A stretch of DNA of 64,000 nt from Nemertoderma westbladi (taxonomy: Eukaryota; Animalia; Xenacoelomorpha). The stretch covers positions 1-64,000 of the forward strand of contig JAUCBJ010000757.1 of NCBI GenBank assembly GCA_032718475.1, in the 5' to 3' direction. Position 1 is the stretch's first letter; the number at the start of each line of letters is the position of its first letter. The position numbers were made by a program, and so were the translations under genes. This document shows positions 1-10,691 of this stretch, one piece after another. Under the pieces are notes generated by a model. It worked only from the letters and a program-made list of their open reading frames with translations, did not search any database and was not told the DNA's origin.

Positions 1-855
1 TGGGCGCGATTTGTGCCGTTAATACTGCCATGTGCCTTTTGTACTGTATATACAAATTTAGTTTCAGTTAGATTTGCCTCGATTTAGCTTTAGTATCAGT
101 TACCTGTTGGTTCTTTGGTTTGGTGTTTGGGCGCGTTTTGTGCCGTTAATACTGCCATGTGCCTTTTGTACTGTATATACAAATTTAGTTTCAGTTAGAT
201 TTGCCTCGATTTAGCTTTAGAATCAGTTACCTGTTGGTTCTTTGGTTTGGTGTTTGGGCGCGTTTTGTGCCGTTAATACTGCCATGTGCCTTTTGTACTG
301 TATATACAAATTTAGTTTCAGTTAGATTTGCCTCGATTTAGCTTTAGTATCAGTTACCTGTTGGTTCTTTGGTTTGGTGTTTGGGCGCGTTTTGTGCCGT
401 TAATACTGCCATGTGCCTTTTGTACTGTATATACAAATTTAGTTTCAGTTAGATTTGCCTCGATTTAGCTTTAGTATCAGTTACCTGTTGGTTCTTTGGT
501 TTGGTGTTTGGGCGCGTTTTGTGCCGTTAATACTGCCATGTGCCTTTTGTACTGTATATACAAATTTAGTTTCAGTTAGATTTGCCTCGATTTAGCTTTA
601 GTATCAGTTACCTGTTGGTTCTTTGGTTTGGTGTTTGGGCGCGATTTGTGCCGTTAATACTGCCATGTGCCTTTTGTACTGTATATACAAATTTAGTTTC
701 AGTTAGATTTGCCTCGATTTAGCTTTAGTATCAGTTACCTGTTGGTTCTTTGGTTTGGTGTTTGGGCGCGTTTTGTGCCGTTAATACTGCCATGTGCCTT
801 TTGTACTGTATTTACAAATTTAGTTTCAGTTGGAGTTGCCTCGATTTAGCTTTAA
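1..855 (+). repeat. 127-bp tandem repeat x ~7 in PLE 3'UTR/pLTR, array 1
   Basis: TGGGCGCG recurs at 1, 128, 255, 382, 509, 636, 763; the last copy is diverged and truncated. Confidence 0.95.
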
Positions 856-1252
856 CATAAGGCTCTCTGTTGTTAATACTGCCCTATGCCATTTGTACTG
901 TAAATAGTATTTCGTACTGTAGTTGTTATCTCGCATACATAAGGCTCTCTGTTGTCAATACTGCCCTATGCCATTTGTACTGTAAATGGTAACGCACGGC
1001 CCTGCCTGATCACGTCTCGGTGCCAGACTGATTGATTTGTTTCTATGACTAAGAGTTCAGTTGTTTATTTATGTTGTCAGCTCTACGGACCGGTGCTGCA
1101 CGCTTCTTATAACCACATAGCAACCGTACTGCCGTAGGCGGAGTGTTGTTATTTGTACTGTACATATACATCGGTTTTATACATCGACTGGTAGTCTATT
1201 TCAGTATTTGTTAGTGTTTTCTGTTTGGCCTAACTGTAGTGCAGTAGTTTTT

Positions 1253-1289
1253 GTGCTGATGATGCCCCAAAGGGGAGAAATTAATCCAC
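1253..1289 (+). ncRNA. Minimal type I hammerhead ribozyme of the PLE pLTR
   Basis: GTG-CTGATGA-TGCCCC-AAA-GGGGA-GAAA-TTAA-TC^CAC: core CUGAUGA/GAAA, stem II CCCC/GGGG, palindromic TTAA in place of stem III, stem I GTG/CAC. Predicted cleavage after C1286. Confidence 0.8.
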
Positions 1290-1324
1290 TGTTTACATAA
1301 TTATACTGAAGTGTTTATTGGGCG

Positions 1325-4300
1325 ATGAAACTCCTTGTTGTTTTAATAACTGTCACGATGTATACAAACGCCCTGAAGTCGGCATGTCACTTTACTAATA
1401 ATTTCAATGTTAATACTGGAGTGAAACGTGACATCCGCACGTGGTTCGTGACCAGACAGAAATTAATTAGATTACCCTTGCAAATAGACTTTATGAAACG
1501 ATGTAGGTCCAAAAATCTAACTCCAGCTTACCTAGCAGGGGTAGGTGGCCGAGGTTTAACGCGGCATGCGGGTTTGATGGACAGGTACGTGAACAGAGCG
1601 CTGACAATGGATATCGCTTGGTACCACGATATCCTGAGGCGTGAACGCGCGCGGGAGGGTCGGCTATCAAGAGGTTTTACGCAGTTCATCCAGGGGAAGA
1701 TAGGAGCCGGTGTAGACAAGACGGAGGACTGGACCTGTCTGTCGAAGTTCGTCGAATTTTGGGTACGTCGGATCGGGGCCCAGGAGGAGGTTGAGAGAAA
1801 GCGAATTCTCGATCGGAAGCTAGGAGCGCTTTCGGCGACTAGTTCAAGACGAGTTAGGGAGGAGAAGGTTCCGTGGCTGGTACCCGATAGGATTGCACAT
1901 CGACCTTTCGTGGGCCGGGACGACCTCGTGGGAACCGCGAAGGAAGTCGACAACGTAGTCAATCTCTCCTCCAAACCCATCTCGGAGGAGGCTAAACGGG
2001 TGTTATCTTTAGGATTTAGTTTTGTGCCGAGAACACGCGTTGTGGAACAGGACCGGATGGACGCACACACGTCGATCTCCAAGTTGGGAACGAGAATCCG
2101 TAATGCGATCAGGCGAAGGAACGCCAGACTGGAGGATACAGTTCAGGTAGAGAAACCCAGCCGGGATGAAGCCGCGAGCGGGGCGGTTGGACCGCGGAGT
2201 AGTGATGAGGAGTCGGTTATTTCATTTGCGGTCACGCCGGGAAGGGGTCGCCGGTCGGGCCCGGAGTTGGGAGCTGCGCCGAGTGCGACAATAGAAGACT
2301 GTACGGCAGCGTTTGGGGCTTTAGTTTTGGGTAACCCGCCAACGGGAGTGGCCCGCAGACTATTCGCATGCTCCACCCCTGTGACCCCGCCGAGCGGGGA
2401 AGGACCCGGGGCGGGTTCCGGTTCTAGGGAGTGTTTAGAGATGTGCGATGAGGTTTCGAACGGTTTATCGACAGCTGCGGGGTGTGTCAGCACCCCGTCG
2501 CGGAGCGTGGGGGGGGTATTTCCCAAACGTGGAGGTGGCCCGCACGTCCCGATGGAGCGACGTATCCCCGAGCTAGGGGCGACTAGAAATAGGGATGGTG
2601 AGGGCAGTGGGAGGGCGCCATTGGACTATAGGCAATTATACGTTCCGAGGAAGTTCCGGTACGTCGCACCAAGGGTCGAGGACGAGGCGGTGGAGGGATT
2701 TATGGCGGAATTACATAAGGCGATCGACGGTGCCGACGGGAGGGCGAGCGGTGTTGGCCGAGGCGGGGAGGGTGTGGGTATCTCAGAGAAGGATTTGAGA
2801 CTGCTGCGGGAACTTAGGGGGGATAAAGAACTCGCTTTCGTTAGGGGAGACAAGACAGGAAACGTCGTTGTTGTAGACAGGGAGCTGTTGGATTTAGAGA
2901 TGAGGAGAAACGTTGGCGACCGTGAGATGTTCGAGAAGTTGGACGGTGATCCGACTTCGAAATATCGGGATGAACTCTATCGGACGGTACAGAACATGGC
3001 GTTAGAAGATAAGGACTTAAGTTCATACCTGGTTCCGAAGAACCCAACTCAGGGTTATGTGTTCCCTTTAGTTAAGGACCACAAACCGGTTTCTGAGTGG
3101 ATCGACTGGGGAGGGGGCAGGAAGTTCCCGAAGGTTAGAGCTATCGTATCGTCGAGAGGAACCCTAGCGGAGAGGGCCGGGAAGTGGCTAAACTCGGTCC
3201 TTCAGCCTCTAATGTTGAGGATGCCCCACTACGTGCAGGATTCGCGTTCGGCAAGGGAGGCGGTCCCGAGCCGCCCATTGTCCACGGCAACGTTCATGTC
3301 TTTGGACGTCGTGGACATGTACCCCTCTGTAGACCACGATGTCGCCGTGCGCGCGATCGAGGCGGTGATTGGGGAGAATATGGAGATTTTGGAGGACTCT
3401 GGGTTTACTTTGGGGCAGGTTATGCTTATATTAAAATTTGTGCTGACTCGTGCATATTTTGGGTTTGAAGGTGCTTTTTATGTTTTAGTAAAGGGTCTAG
3501 GGATGGGAGGCCCCTCGGGGAAGGTTCTGGCGGTCCTGGTGGTAGACCGTATCCACACCCACGTGGGTTTGGTTGCCAGGTTCAGCGCCATATATTTCAA
3601 AACGTTTGTGGACGATGGCGAGGCTATTTGGGATGGGGAATTGGACGACGCCGTGAAGGAGGCGATCGTCGAGCGTTACGGGGCGGCGTGTGAGGCCGTA
3701 TACGGTAAAGGGGGGATTCGTTTCACTTTCGAATTCTCGAACACCAGTTCAGTGTTCCTGGACTTAGAGTTAGTTTTGGAGCCGGGTCGGGGAATAGTGA
3801 GTTCGGTTTATTTTAAACCGCTCACTAGAAGGTTGCCCATTCCTGGATCCAGTTTGCACGACCGAAAGGTTCTGCAGGGTGTGGTGAAGGGCCAGCTGAC
3901 ACGTTTTGCGAGGTTGACAAGGACAACCAGGGAGTATGAGAGTGCGAGGGACCGTTATTTAACGGATTGCTGGGTGTCCGGGTATAGTGAAGGGTTTTTG
4001 AACGAGGCCCGGGGTTGGGACCCGGAACGGTTACGGGACTCGACTGGTGTCAACCGGGAGGGCAGGGTCCAGGCGGAGAAGGACAAGTTTTACTTTGGGG
4101 TAGACCGTAGGTTCGCTGAGGTCGTTAAGCCGGTCATGCGGCGGTATCGGCGGGTGTTGGGAGAGAGTGGGATGGGAGTTGCGTGCAATCTTTACGCGGG
4201 TCGGAGTTTGGGTAATATGTTGGTTCAGAAGCGGCCGCCGGCTAAGGGGAGGGGAAGCAGTAGATGCGGGTCCCGGGCGGGGTGCAAAACATGCGACGCC

Positions 4301-4675
4301 ATGTTCGACATGGCCCGAACCCCATGGGGTGAGAAGATTAAAGGGGTTTTCACGTGTTTGTCCCACGGGGTACTTTATCTGTTGACCTGCACCAACCACC
4401 CGGGGGGGTATTATTTGGGCCAGACTGAGCAAACCATTAGGGATAGGATGACGGGACACCGATCGGCCATGGGCAGGTACGTGAAGGAAGTGCACCCTGA
4501 CCAAGAGAACATGGGGGAGTATGTGCTGTTGGATCACTTTGCCCAGTGCGGGTTAGGGTGTCTCAGGGTCACGGGGTTTAGGAGCTACAGGTCGGACGAG
4601 GATAGGATCCACGCCGAGGCGAACTATATTTTCAAGTTTAGGCCCCCATGGAACAGAATGGTCCCGGCGGTTTGA
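1325..4675 (+). CDS. PLE polyprotein: reverse transcriptase + GIY-YIG endonuclease (Neptune-like, with Cys linker), copy 1
   Basis: N-terminal PLE motifs NLS..LSLGFSFVP and DKTG; RT motifs KDHKP, RAIVS, SLDVVDMYPSV, GLGMGGP, FVDD (3605-3616), FLDL; linker C-x5-C-x2-C (4265-4294); endonuclease GVLYLLTC...YLGQTEQTIRDRMTGH...E...N. Confidence 0.95.
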   Translation: MKLLVVLITVTMYTNALKSACHFTNNFNVNTGVKRDIRTWFVTRQKLIRLPLQIDFMKRCRSKNLTPAYLAGVGGRGLTRHAGLMDRYVNRALTMDIAWYHDILRRERAREGRLSRGFTQFIQGKIGAGVDKTEDWTCLSKFVEFWVRRIGAQEEVERKRILDRKLGALSATSSRRVREEKVPWLVPDRIAHRPFVGRDDLVGTAKEVDNVVNLSSKPISEEAKRVLSLGFSFVPRTRVVEQDRMDAHTSISKLGTRIRNAIRRRNARLEDTVQVEKPSRDEAASGAVGPRSSDEESVISFAVTPGRGRRSGPELGAAPSATIEDCTAAFGALVLGNPPTGVARRLFACSTPVTPPSGEGPGAGSGSRECLEMCDEVSNGLSTAAGCVSTPSRSVGGVFPKRGGGPHVPMERRIPELGATRNRDGEGSGRAPLDYRQLYVPRKFRYVAPRVEDEAVEGFMAELHKAIDGADGRASGVGRGGEGVGISEKDLRLLRELRGDKELAFVRGDKTGNVVVVDRELLDLEMRRNVGDREMFEKLDGDPTSKYRDELYRTVQNMALEDKDLSSYLVPKNPTQGYVFPLVKDHKPVSEWIDWGGGRKFPKVRAIVSSRGTLAERAGKWLNSVLQPLMLRMPHYVQDSRSAREAVPSRPLSTATFMSLDVVDMYPSVDHDVAVRAIEAVIGENMEILEDSGFTLGQVMLILKFVLTRAYFGFEGAFYVLVKGLGMGGPSGKVLAVLVVDRIHTHVGLVARFSAIYFKTFVDDGEAIWDGELDDAVKEAIVERYGAACEAVYGKGGIRFTFEFSNTSSVFLDLELVLEPGRGIVSSVYFKPLTRRLPIPGSSLHDRKVLQGVVKGQLTRFARLTRTTREYESARDRYLTDCWVSGYSEGFLNEARGWDPERLRDSTGVNREGRVQAEKDKFYFGVDRRFAEVVKPVMRRYRRVLGESGMGVACNLYAGRSLGNMLVQKRPPAKGRGSSRCGSRAGCKTCDAMFDMARTPWGEKIKGVFTCLSHGVLYLLTCTNHPGGYYLGQTEQTIRDRMTGHRSAMGRYVKEVHPDQENMGEYVLLDHFAQCGLGCLRVTGFRSYRSDEDRIHAEANYIFKFRPPWNRMVPAV

Positions 4676-4691
4676 CACGGTCGGGGTTATA

Positions 4692-5556
4692 GTTTGGTGT
4701 TTGGGCGCGATTTGTGCCGTTAATACTGCCATGTGCCTTTTGTACTGTATATACAAATTTAGTTTCAGTTAGATTTGCCTCGATTTAGCTTTAGTATCAG
4801 TTACCTGTTGGTTCTTTGGTTTGGTGTTTGGGCGCGTTTTGTGCCGTTAATACTGCCATGTGCCTTTTGTACTGTATATACAAATTTAGTTTCAGTTAGA
4901 TTTGCCTCGATTTAGCTTTAGAATCAGTTACCTGTTGGTTCTTTGGTTTGGTGTTTGGGCGCGTTTTGTGCCGTTAATACTGCCATGTGCCTTTTGTACT
5001 GTATATACAAATTTAGTTTCAGTTAGATTTGCCTCGATTTAGCTTTAGTATCAGTTACCTGTTGGTTCTTTGGTTTGGTGTTTGGGCGCGTTTTGTGCCG
5101 TTAATACTGCCATGTGCCTTTTGTACTGTATATACAAATTTAGTTTCAGTTAGATTTGCCTCGATTTAGCTTTAGTATCAGTTACCTGTTGGTTCTTTGG
5201 TTTGGTGTTTGGGCGCGTTTTGTGCCGTTAATACTGCCATGTGCCTTTTGTACTGTATATACAAATTTAGTTTCAGTTAGATTTGCCTCGATTTAGCTTT
5301 AGTATCAGTTACCTGTTGGTTCTTTGGTTTGGTGTTTGGGCGCGATTTGTGCCGTTAATACTGCCATGTGCCTTTTGTACTGTATATACAAATTTAGTTT
5401 CAGTTAGATTTGCCTCGATTTAGCTTTAGTATCAGTTACCTGTTGGTTCTTTGGTTTGGTGTTTGGGCGCGTTTTGTGCCGTTAATACTGCCATGTGCCT
5501 TTTGTACTGTATTTACAAATTTAGTTTCAGTTGGAGTTGCCTCGATTTAGCTTTAA
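4692..5556 (+). repeat. 127-bp tandem repeat x ~7, array 2
   Basis: Begins 16 nt after the ORF stop; same units and same order of variants as array 1. Confidence 0.95.
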
Positions 5557-5953
5557 CATAAGGCTCTCTGTTGTTAATACTGCCCTATGCCATTTGTACT
5601 GTAAATAGTATTTCGTACTGTAGTTGTTATCTCGCATACATAAGGCTCTCTGTTGTCAATACTGCCCTATGCCATTTGTACTGTAAATGGTAACGCACGG
5701 CCCTGCCTGATCACGTCTCGGTGCCAGACTGATTGATTTGTTTCTATGACTAAGAGTTCAGTTGTTTATTTATGTTGTCAGCTCTACGGACCGGTGCTGC
5801 ACGCTTCTTATAACCACATAGCAACCGTACTGCCGTAGGCGGAGTGTTGTTATTTGTACTGTACATATACATCGGTTTTATACATCGACTGGTAGTCTAT
5901 TTCAGTATTTGTTAGTGTTTTCTGTTTGGCCTAACTGTAGTGCAGTAGTTTTT

Positions 5954-5990
5954 GTGCTGATGATGCCCCAAAGGGGAGAAATTAATCCAC
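5954..5990 (+). ncRNA. Minimal hammerhead ribozyme, copy 2
   Basis: Identical to 1253-1289. Confidence 0.8.
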
Positions 5991-6025
5991 TGTTTACATA
6001 ATTATACTGAAGTGTTTATTGGGCG

Positions 6026-9000
6026 ATGAAACTCCTTGTTGTTTTAATAACTGTCACGATGTATACAAACGCCCTGAAGTCGGCATGTCACTTTACTAAT
6101 AATTTCAATGTTAATACTGGAGTGAAACGTGACATCCGCACGTGGTTCGTGACCAGACAGAAATTAATTAGATTACCCTTGCAAATAGACTGTATGAAAC
6201 GATGTAGGTCCAAAAATCTAACTCCAGCTTACCTAGCAGGGGTAGGTGGCCGAGGTTTAACGCGGCATGCGGGTTTGATGGACAGGTACGTGAACAGAGC
6301 GCTGACAATGGATATCGCTTGGTACCACGATATCCTGAGGCGTGAACGCGCGCGGGAGGGTCGGCTATCAAGAGGTTTTACGCAGTTCATCCAGGGGAAG
6401 ATAGGAGCCGGTGTAGACAAGACGGAGGACTGGACCTGTCTGTCGAAGTTCGTCGAATTTTGGGTACGTCGGATCGGGGCCCAGGAGGAGGTTGAGAGAA
6501 AGCGATTTCTCGATCGGAAGCTAGGAGCGCTTTCGGCGACTAGTTCAAGACGAGTTAGGGAGGAGAAGGTTCCGTGGCTGGTACCCGATAGGATTGCACA
6601 TCGACCTTTCGTGGGCCGGGACGACCTCGTGGGAACCGCGAAGGAAGTCGACAACGTAGTCAATCTCTCCTCCAAACCCATCTCGGAGGAGGCTAAACGG
6701 GTGTTATCTTTAGGATTTAGTTTTGTGCCGAGAACACGCGTTGTGGAACAGGACCGGATGGACGCACACACGTCGATCTCCAAGTTGGGAACGAGAATCC
6801 GTAATGCGATCAGGCGAAGGAACGCCAGACTGGAGGATACAGTTCAGGTAGAGAAACCCAGCCGGGATGAAGCCGCGAGCGGGGCGGTTGGACCGCGGAG
6901 TAGTGATGAGGAGTCGGTTATTTCATTTGCGGTCACGCCGGGAAGGGGTCGCCGGTCGGGCCCGGAGTTGGGAGCTGCGCCGAGTGCGACAATAGAAGAC
7001 TGTACGGCAGCGTTTGGGGCTTTAGTTTTGGGTAACCCGCCAACGGGAGTGGCCCGCAGACTATTCGCATGCTCCACCCCTGTGACCCCGCCGAGCGGGG
7101 AAGGACCCGGGGCGGGTTCCGGTTCTAGGGAGTGTTTAGAGATGTGCGATGAGGTTTCGAACGGTTTATCGACAGCTGCGGGGTGTGTCAGCACCCCGTC
7201 GCGGAGCGTGGGGGGGGTATTTCCCAAACGTGGAGGTGGCCCGCACGTCCCGATGGAGCGACGTATCCCCGAGCTAGGGGCGACTAGAAATAGGGATGGT
7301 GAGGGCAGTGGGAGGGCGCCATTGGACTATAGGCAATTATACGTTCCGAGGAAGTTCCGGTACGTCGCACCAAGGGTCGAGGACGAGGCGGTGGAGGGAT
7401 TTATGGCGGAATTACATAAGGCGATCGACGGTGCCGACGGGAGGGCGAGCGGTGTTGGCCGAGGCGGGGAGGGTGTGGGTATCTCAGAGAAGGATTTGAG
7501 ACTGCTGCGGGAACTTAGGGGGGATAAAGAACTCGCTTTCGTTAGGGGAGACAAGACAGGAAACGTCGTTGTTGTAGACAGGGAGCTGTTGGATTTAGAG
7601 ATGAGGAGAAACGTTGGCGACCGTGAGATGTTCGAGAAGTTGGACGGTGATCCGACTTCGAAATATCGGGATGAACTCTATCGGACGGTACAGAACATGG
7701 CGTTAGAAGATAAGGACTTAAGTTCATACCTGGTTCCGAAGAACCCAACTCAGGGTTATGTGTTCCCTTTAGTTAAGGACCACAAACCGGTTTCTGAGTG
7801 GATCGACTGGGGAGGGGGCAGGAAGTTCCCGAAGGTTAGAGCTATCGTATCGTCGAGAGGAACCCTAGCGGAGAGGGCCGGGAAGTGGCTAAACTCGGTC
7901 CTTCAGCCTCTAATGTTGAGGATGCCCCACTACGTGCAGGATTCGCGTTCGGCAAGGGAGGCGGTCCCGAGCCGCCCATTGTCCACGGCAACGTTCATGT
8001 CTTTGGACGTCGTGGACATGTACCCCTCTGTAGACCACGATGTCGCCGTGCGCGCGATCGAGGCGGTGATTGGGGAGAATATGGAGATTTTGGAGGACTC
8101 TGGGTTTACTTTGGGGCAGGTTATGCTTATATTAAAATTTGTGCTGACTCGTGCATATTTTGGGTTTGAAGGTGCTTTTTATGTTTTAGTAAAGGGTCTA
8201 GGGATGGGAGGCCCCTCGGGGAAGGTTCTGGCGGTCCTGGTGGTAGACCGTATCCACACCCACGTGGGTTTGGTTGCCAGGTTCAGCGCCATATATTTCA
8301 AAACGTTTGTGGACGATGGCGAGGCTATTTGGGATGGGGAATTGGACGACGCCGTGAAGGAGGCGATCGTCGAGCGTTACGGGGCGGCGTGTGAGGCCGT
8401 ATACGGTAAAGGGGGGATTCGTTTCACTTTCGAATTCTCGAACACCAGTTCAGTGTTCCTGGACTTAGAGTTAGTTTTGGAGCCGGGTCGGGGAATAGTG
8501 AGTTCGGTTTATTTTAAACCGCTCACTAGAAGGTTGCCCATTCCTGGATCCAGTTTGCACGACCGAAAGGTTCTGCAGGGTGTGGTGAAGGGCCAGCTGA
8601 CACGTTTTGCGAGGTTGACAAGGACAACCAGGGAGTATGAGAGTGCGAGGGACCGTTATTTAACGGATTGCTGGGTGTCCGGGTATAGTGAAGGGTTTTT
8701 GAACGAGGCCCGGGGTTGGGACCCGGAACGGTTACGGGACTCGACTGGTGTCAACCGGGAGGGCAGGGTCCAGGCGGAGAAGGACAAGTTTTACTTTGGG
8801 GTAGACCGTAGGTTCGCTGAGGTCGTTAAGCCGGTCATGCGGCGGTATCGGCGGGTGTTGGGAGAGAGTGGGATGGGAGTTGCGTGCAATCTTTACGCGG
8901 GTCGGAGTTTGGGTAATATGTTGGTTCAGAAGCGGCCGCCGGCTAAGGGGAGGGGAAGCAGTAGATGCGGGTCCCGGGCGGGGTGCAAAACATGCGACGC

Positions 9001-9376
9001 CATGTTCGACATGGCCCGAACCCCATGGGGTGAGAAGATTAAAGGGGTTTTCACGTGTTTGTCCCACGGGGTACTTTATCTGTTGACCTGCACCAACCAC
9101 CCGGGGGGGTATTATTTGGGCCAGACTGAGCAAACCATTAGGGATAGGATGACGGGACACCGATCGGCCATGGGCAGGTACGTGAAGGAAGTGCACCCTG
9201 ACCAAGAGAACATGGGGGAGTATGTGCTGTTGGATCACTTTGCCCAGTGCGGGTTAGGGTGTCTCAGGGTCACGGGGTTTAGGAGCTACAGGTCGGACGA
9301 GGATAGGATCCACGCCGAGGCGAACTATATTTTCAAGTTTAGGCCCCCATGGAACAGAATGGTCCCGGCGGTTTGA
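6026..9376 (+). CDS. PLE polyprotein RT + GIY-YIG, copy 2
   Basis: Protein identical to copy 1 except F56C (T1491 vs G6192) and I161F (A1805 vs T6506). Confidence 0.95.
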   Translation: MKLLVVLITVTMYTNALKSACHFTNNFNVNTGVKRDIRTWFVTRQKLIRLPLQIDCMKRCRSKNLTPAYLAGVGGRGLTRHAGLMDRYVNRALTMDIAWYHDILRRERAREGRLSRGFTQFIQGKIGAGVDKTEDWTCLSKFVEFWVRRIGAQEEVERKRFLDRKLGALSATSSRRVREEKVPWLVPDRIAHRPFVGRDDLVGTAKEVDNVVNLSSKPISEEAKRVLSLGFSFVPRTRVVEQDRMDAHTSISKLGTRIRNAIRRRNARLEDTVQVEKPSRDEAASGAVGPRSSDEESVISFAVTPGRGRRSGPELGAAPSATIEDCTAAFGALVLGNPPTGVARRLFACSTPVTPPSGEGPGAGSGSRECLEMCDEVSNGLSTAAGCVSTPSRSVGGVFPKRGGGPHVPMERRIPELGATRNRDGEGSGRAPLDYRQLYVPRKFRYVAPRVEDEAVEGFMAELHKAIDGADGRASGVGRGGEGVGISEKDLRLLRELRGDKELAFVRGDKTGNVVVVDRELLDLEMRRNVGDREMFEKLDGDPTSKYRDELYRTVQNMALEDKDLSSYLVPKNPTQGYVFPLVKDHKPVSEWIDWGGGRKFPKVRAIVSSRGTLAERAGKWLNSVLQPLMLRMPHYVQDSRSAREAVPSRPLSTATFMSLDVVDMYPSVDHDVAVRAIEAVIGENMEILEDSGFTLGQVMLILKFVLTRAYFGFEGAFYVLVKGLGMGGPSGKVLAVLVVDRIHTHVGLVARFSAIYFKTFVDDGEAIWDGELDDAVKEAIVERYGAACEAVYGKGGIRFTFEFSNTSSVFLDLELVLEPGRGIVSSVYFKPLTRRLPIPGSSLHDRKVLQGVVKGQLTRFARLTRTTREYESARDRYLTDCWVSGYSEGFLNEARGWDPERLRDSTGVNREGRVQAEKDKFYFGVDRRFAEVVKPVMRRYRRVLGESGMGVACNLYAGRSLGNMLVQKRPPAKGRGSSRCGSRAGCKTCDAMFDMARTPWGEKIKGVFTCLSHGVLYLLTCTNHPGGYYLGQTEQTIRDRMTGHRSAMGRYVKEVHPDQENMGEYVLLDHFAQCGLGCLRVTGFRSYRSDEDRIHAEANYIFKFRPPWNRMVPAV

Positions 9377-9392
9377 CACGGTCGGGGTTATA

Positions 9393-10257
9393 GTTTGGTG
9401 TTTGGGCGCGATTTGTGCCGTTAATACTGCCATGTGCCTTTTGTACTGTATATACAAATTTAGTTTCAGTTAGATTTGCCTCGATTTAGCTTTAGTATCA
9501 GTTACCTGTTGGTTCTTTGGTTTGGTGTTTGGGCGCGTTTTGTGCCGTTAATACTGCCATGTGCCTTTTGTACTGTATATACAAATTTAGTTTCAGTTAG
9601 ATTTGCCTCGATTTAGCTTTAGAATCAGTTACCTGTTGGTTCTTTGGTTTGGTGTTTGGGCGCGTTTTGTGCCGTTAATACTGCCATGTGCCTTTTGTAC
9701 TGTATATACAAATTTAGTTTCAGTTAGATTTGCCTCGATTTAGCTTTAGTATCAGTTACCTGTTGGTTCTTTGGTTTGGTGTTTGGGCGCGTTTTGTGCC
9801 GTTAATAATGCCATGTGCCTTTTGTACTGTATATACAAATTTAGTTTCAGTTAGATTTGCCTCGATTTAGCTTTAGTATCAGTTACCTGTTGGTTCTTTG
9901 GTTTGGTGTTTGGGCGCGTTTTGTGCCGTTAATACTGCCATGTGCCTTTTGTACTGTATATACAAATTTAGTTTCAGTTAGATTTGCCTCGATTTAGCTT
10001 TAGTATCAGTTACCTGTTGGTTCTTTGGTTTGGTGTTTGGGCGCGATTTGTGCCGTTAATACTGCCATGTGCCTTTTGTACTGTATATACAAATTTAGTT
10101 TCAGTTAGATTTGCCTCGATTTAGCTTTAGTATCAGTTACCTGTTGGTTCTTTGGTTTGGTGTTTGGGCGCGTTTTGTGCCGTTAATACTGCCATGTGCC
10201 TTTTGTACTGTATTTACAAATTTAGTTTCAGTTGGAGTTGCCTCGATTTAGCTTTAA
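9393..10257 (+). repeat. 127-bp tandem repeat x ~7, array 3
   Basis: Same as arrays 1 and 2, with one private change seen (C>A at 9808). Confidence 0.95.
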
Positions 10258-10654
10258 CATAAGGCTCTCTGTTGTTAATACTGCCCTATGCCATTTGTAC
10301 TGTAAATAGTATTTCGTACTGTAGTTGTTATCTCGCATACATAAGGCTCTCTGTTGTCAATACTGCCCTATGCCATTTGTACTGTAAATGGTAACGCACG
10401 GCCCTGCCTGATCACGTCTCGGTGCCAGACTGATTGATTTGTTTCTATGACTAAGAGTTCAGTTGTTTATTTATGTTGTCAGCTCTACGGACCGGTGCTG
10501 CACGCTTCTTATAACCACATAGCAACCGTACTGCCGTAGGCGGAGTGTTGTTATTTGTACTGTACATATACATCGGTTTTATACATCGACTGGTAGTCTA
10601 TTTCAGTATTTGTTAGTGTTTTCTGTTTGGCCTAACTGTAGTGCAGTAGTTTTT

Positions 10655-10691
10655 GTGCTGATGATGCCCCAAAGGGGAGAAATTAATCCAC
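10655..10691 (+). ncRNA. Minimal hammerhead ribozyme, copy 3
   Basis: Identical to 1253-1289. Confidence 0.8.

Noticed and set aside
60-105. Antisense hammerhead in each 127-bp unit (CTGATA...GAAAC on the minus strand)
   Set aside because: The core is CUGAUAC, not CUGANGA, and no stem II forms.
1-855. 127-bp repeats next to an RT gene as a CRISPR-like or retron/DGR array
   Set aside because: Units are contiguous with no unique spacers or variable region; the context is eukaryotic and the RT is clearly PLE-type.
1325-1385. Signal peptide at the PLE N-terminus (MKLLVVLITVT)
   Set aside because: Short hydrophobic run, implausible for an RT; the true start may be Met12.
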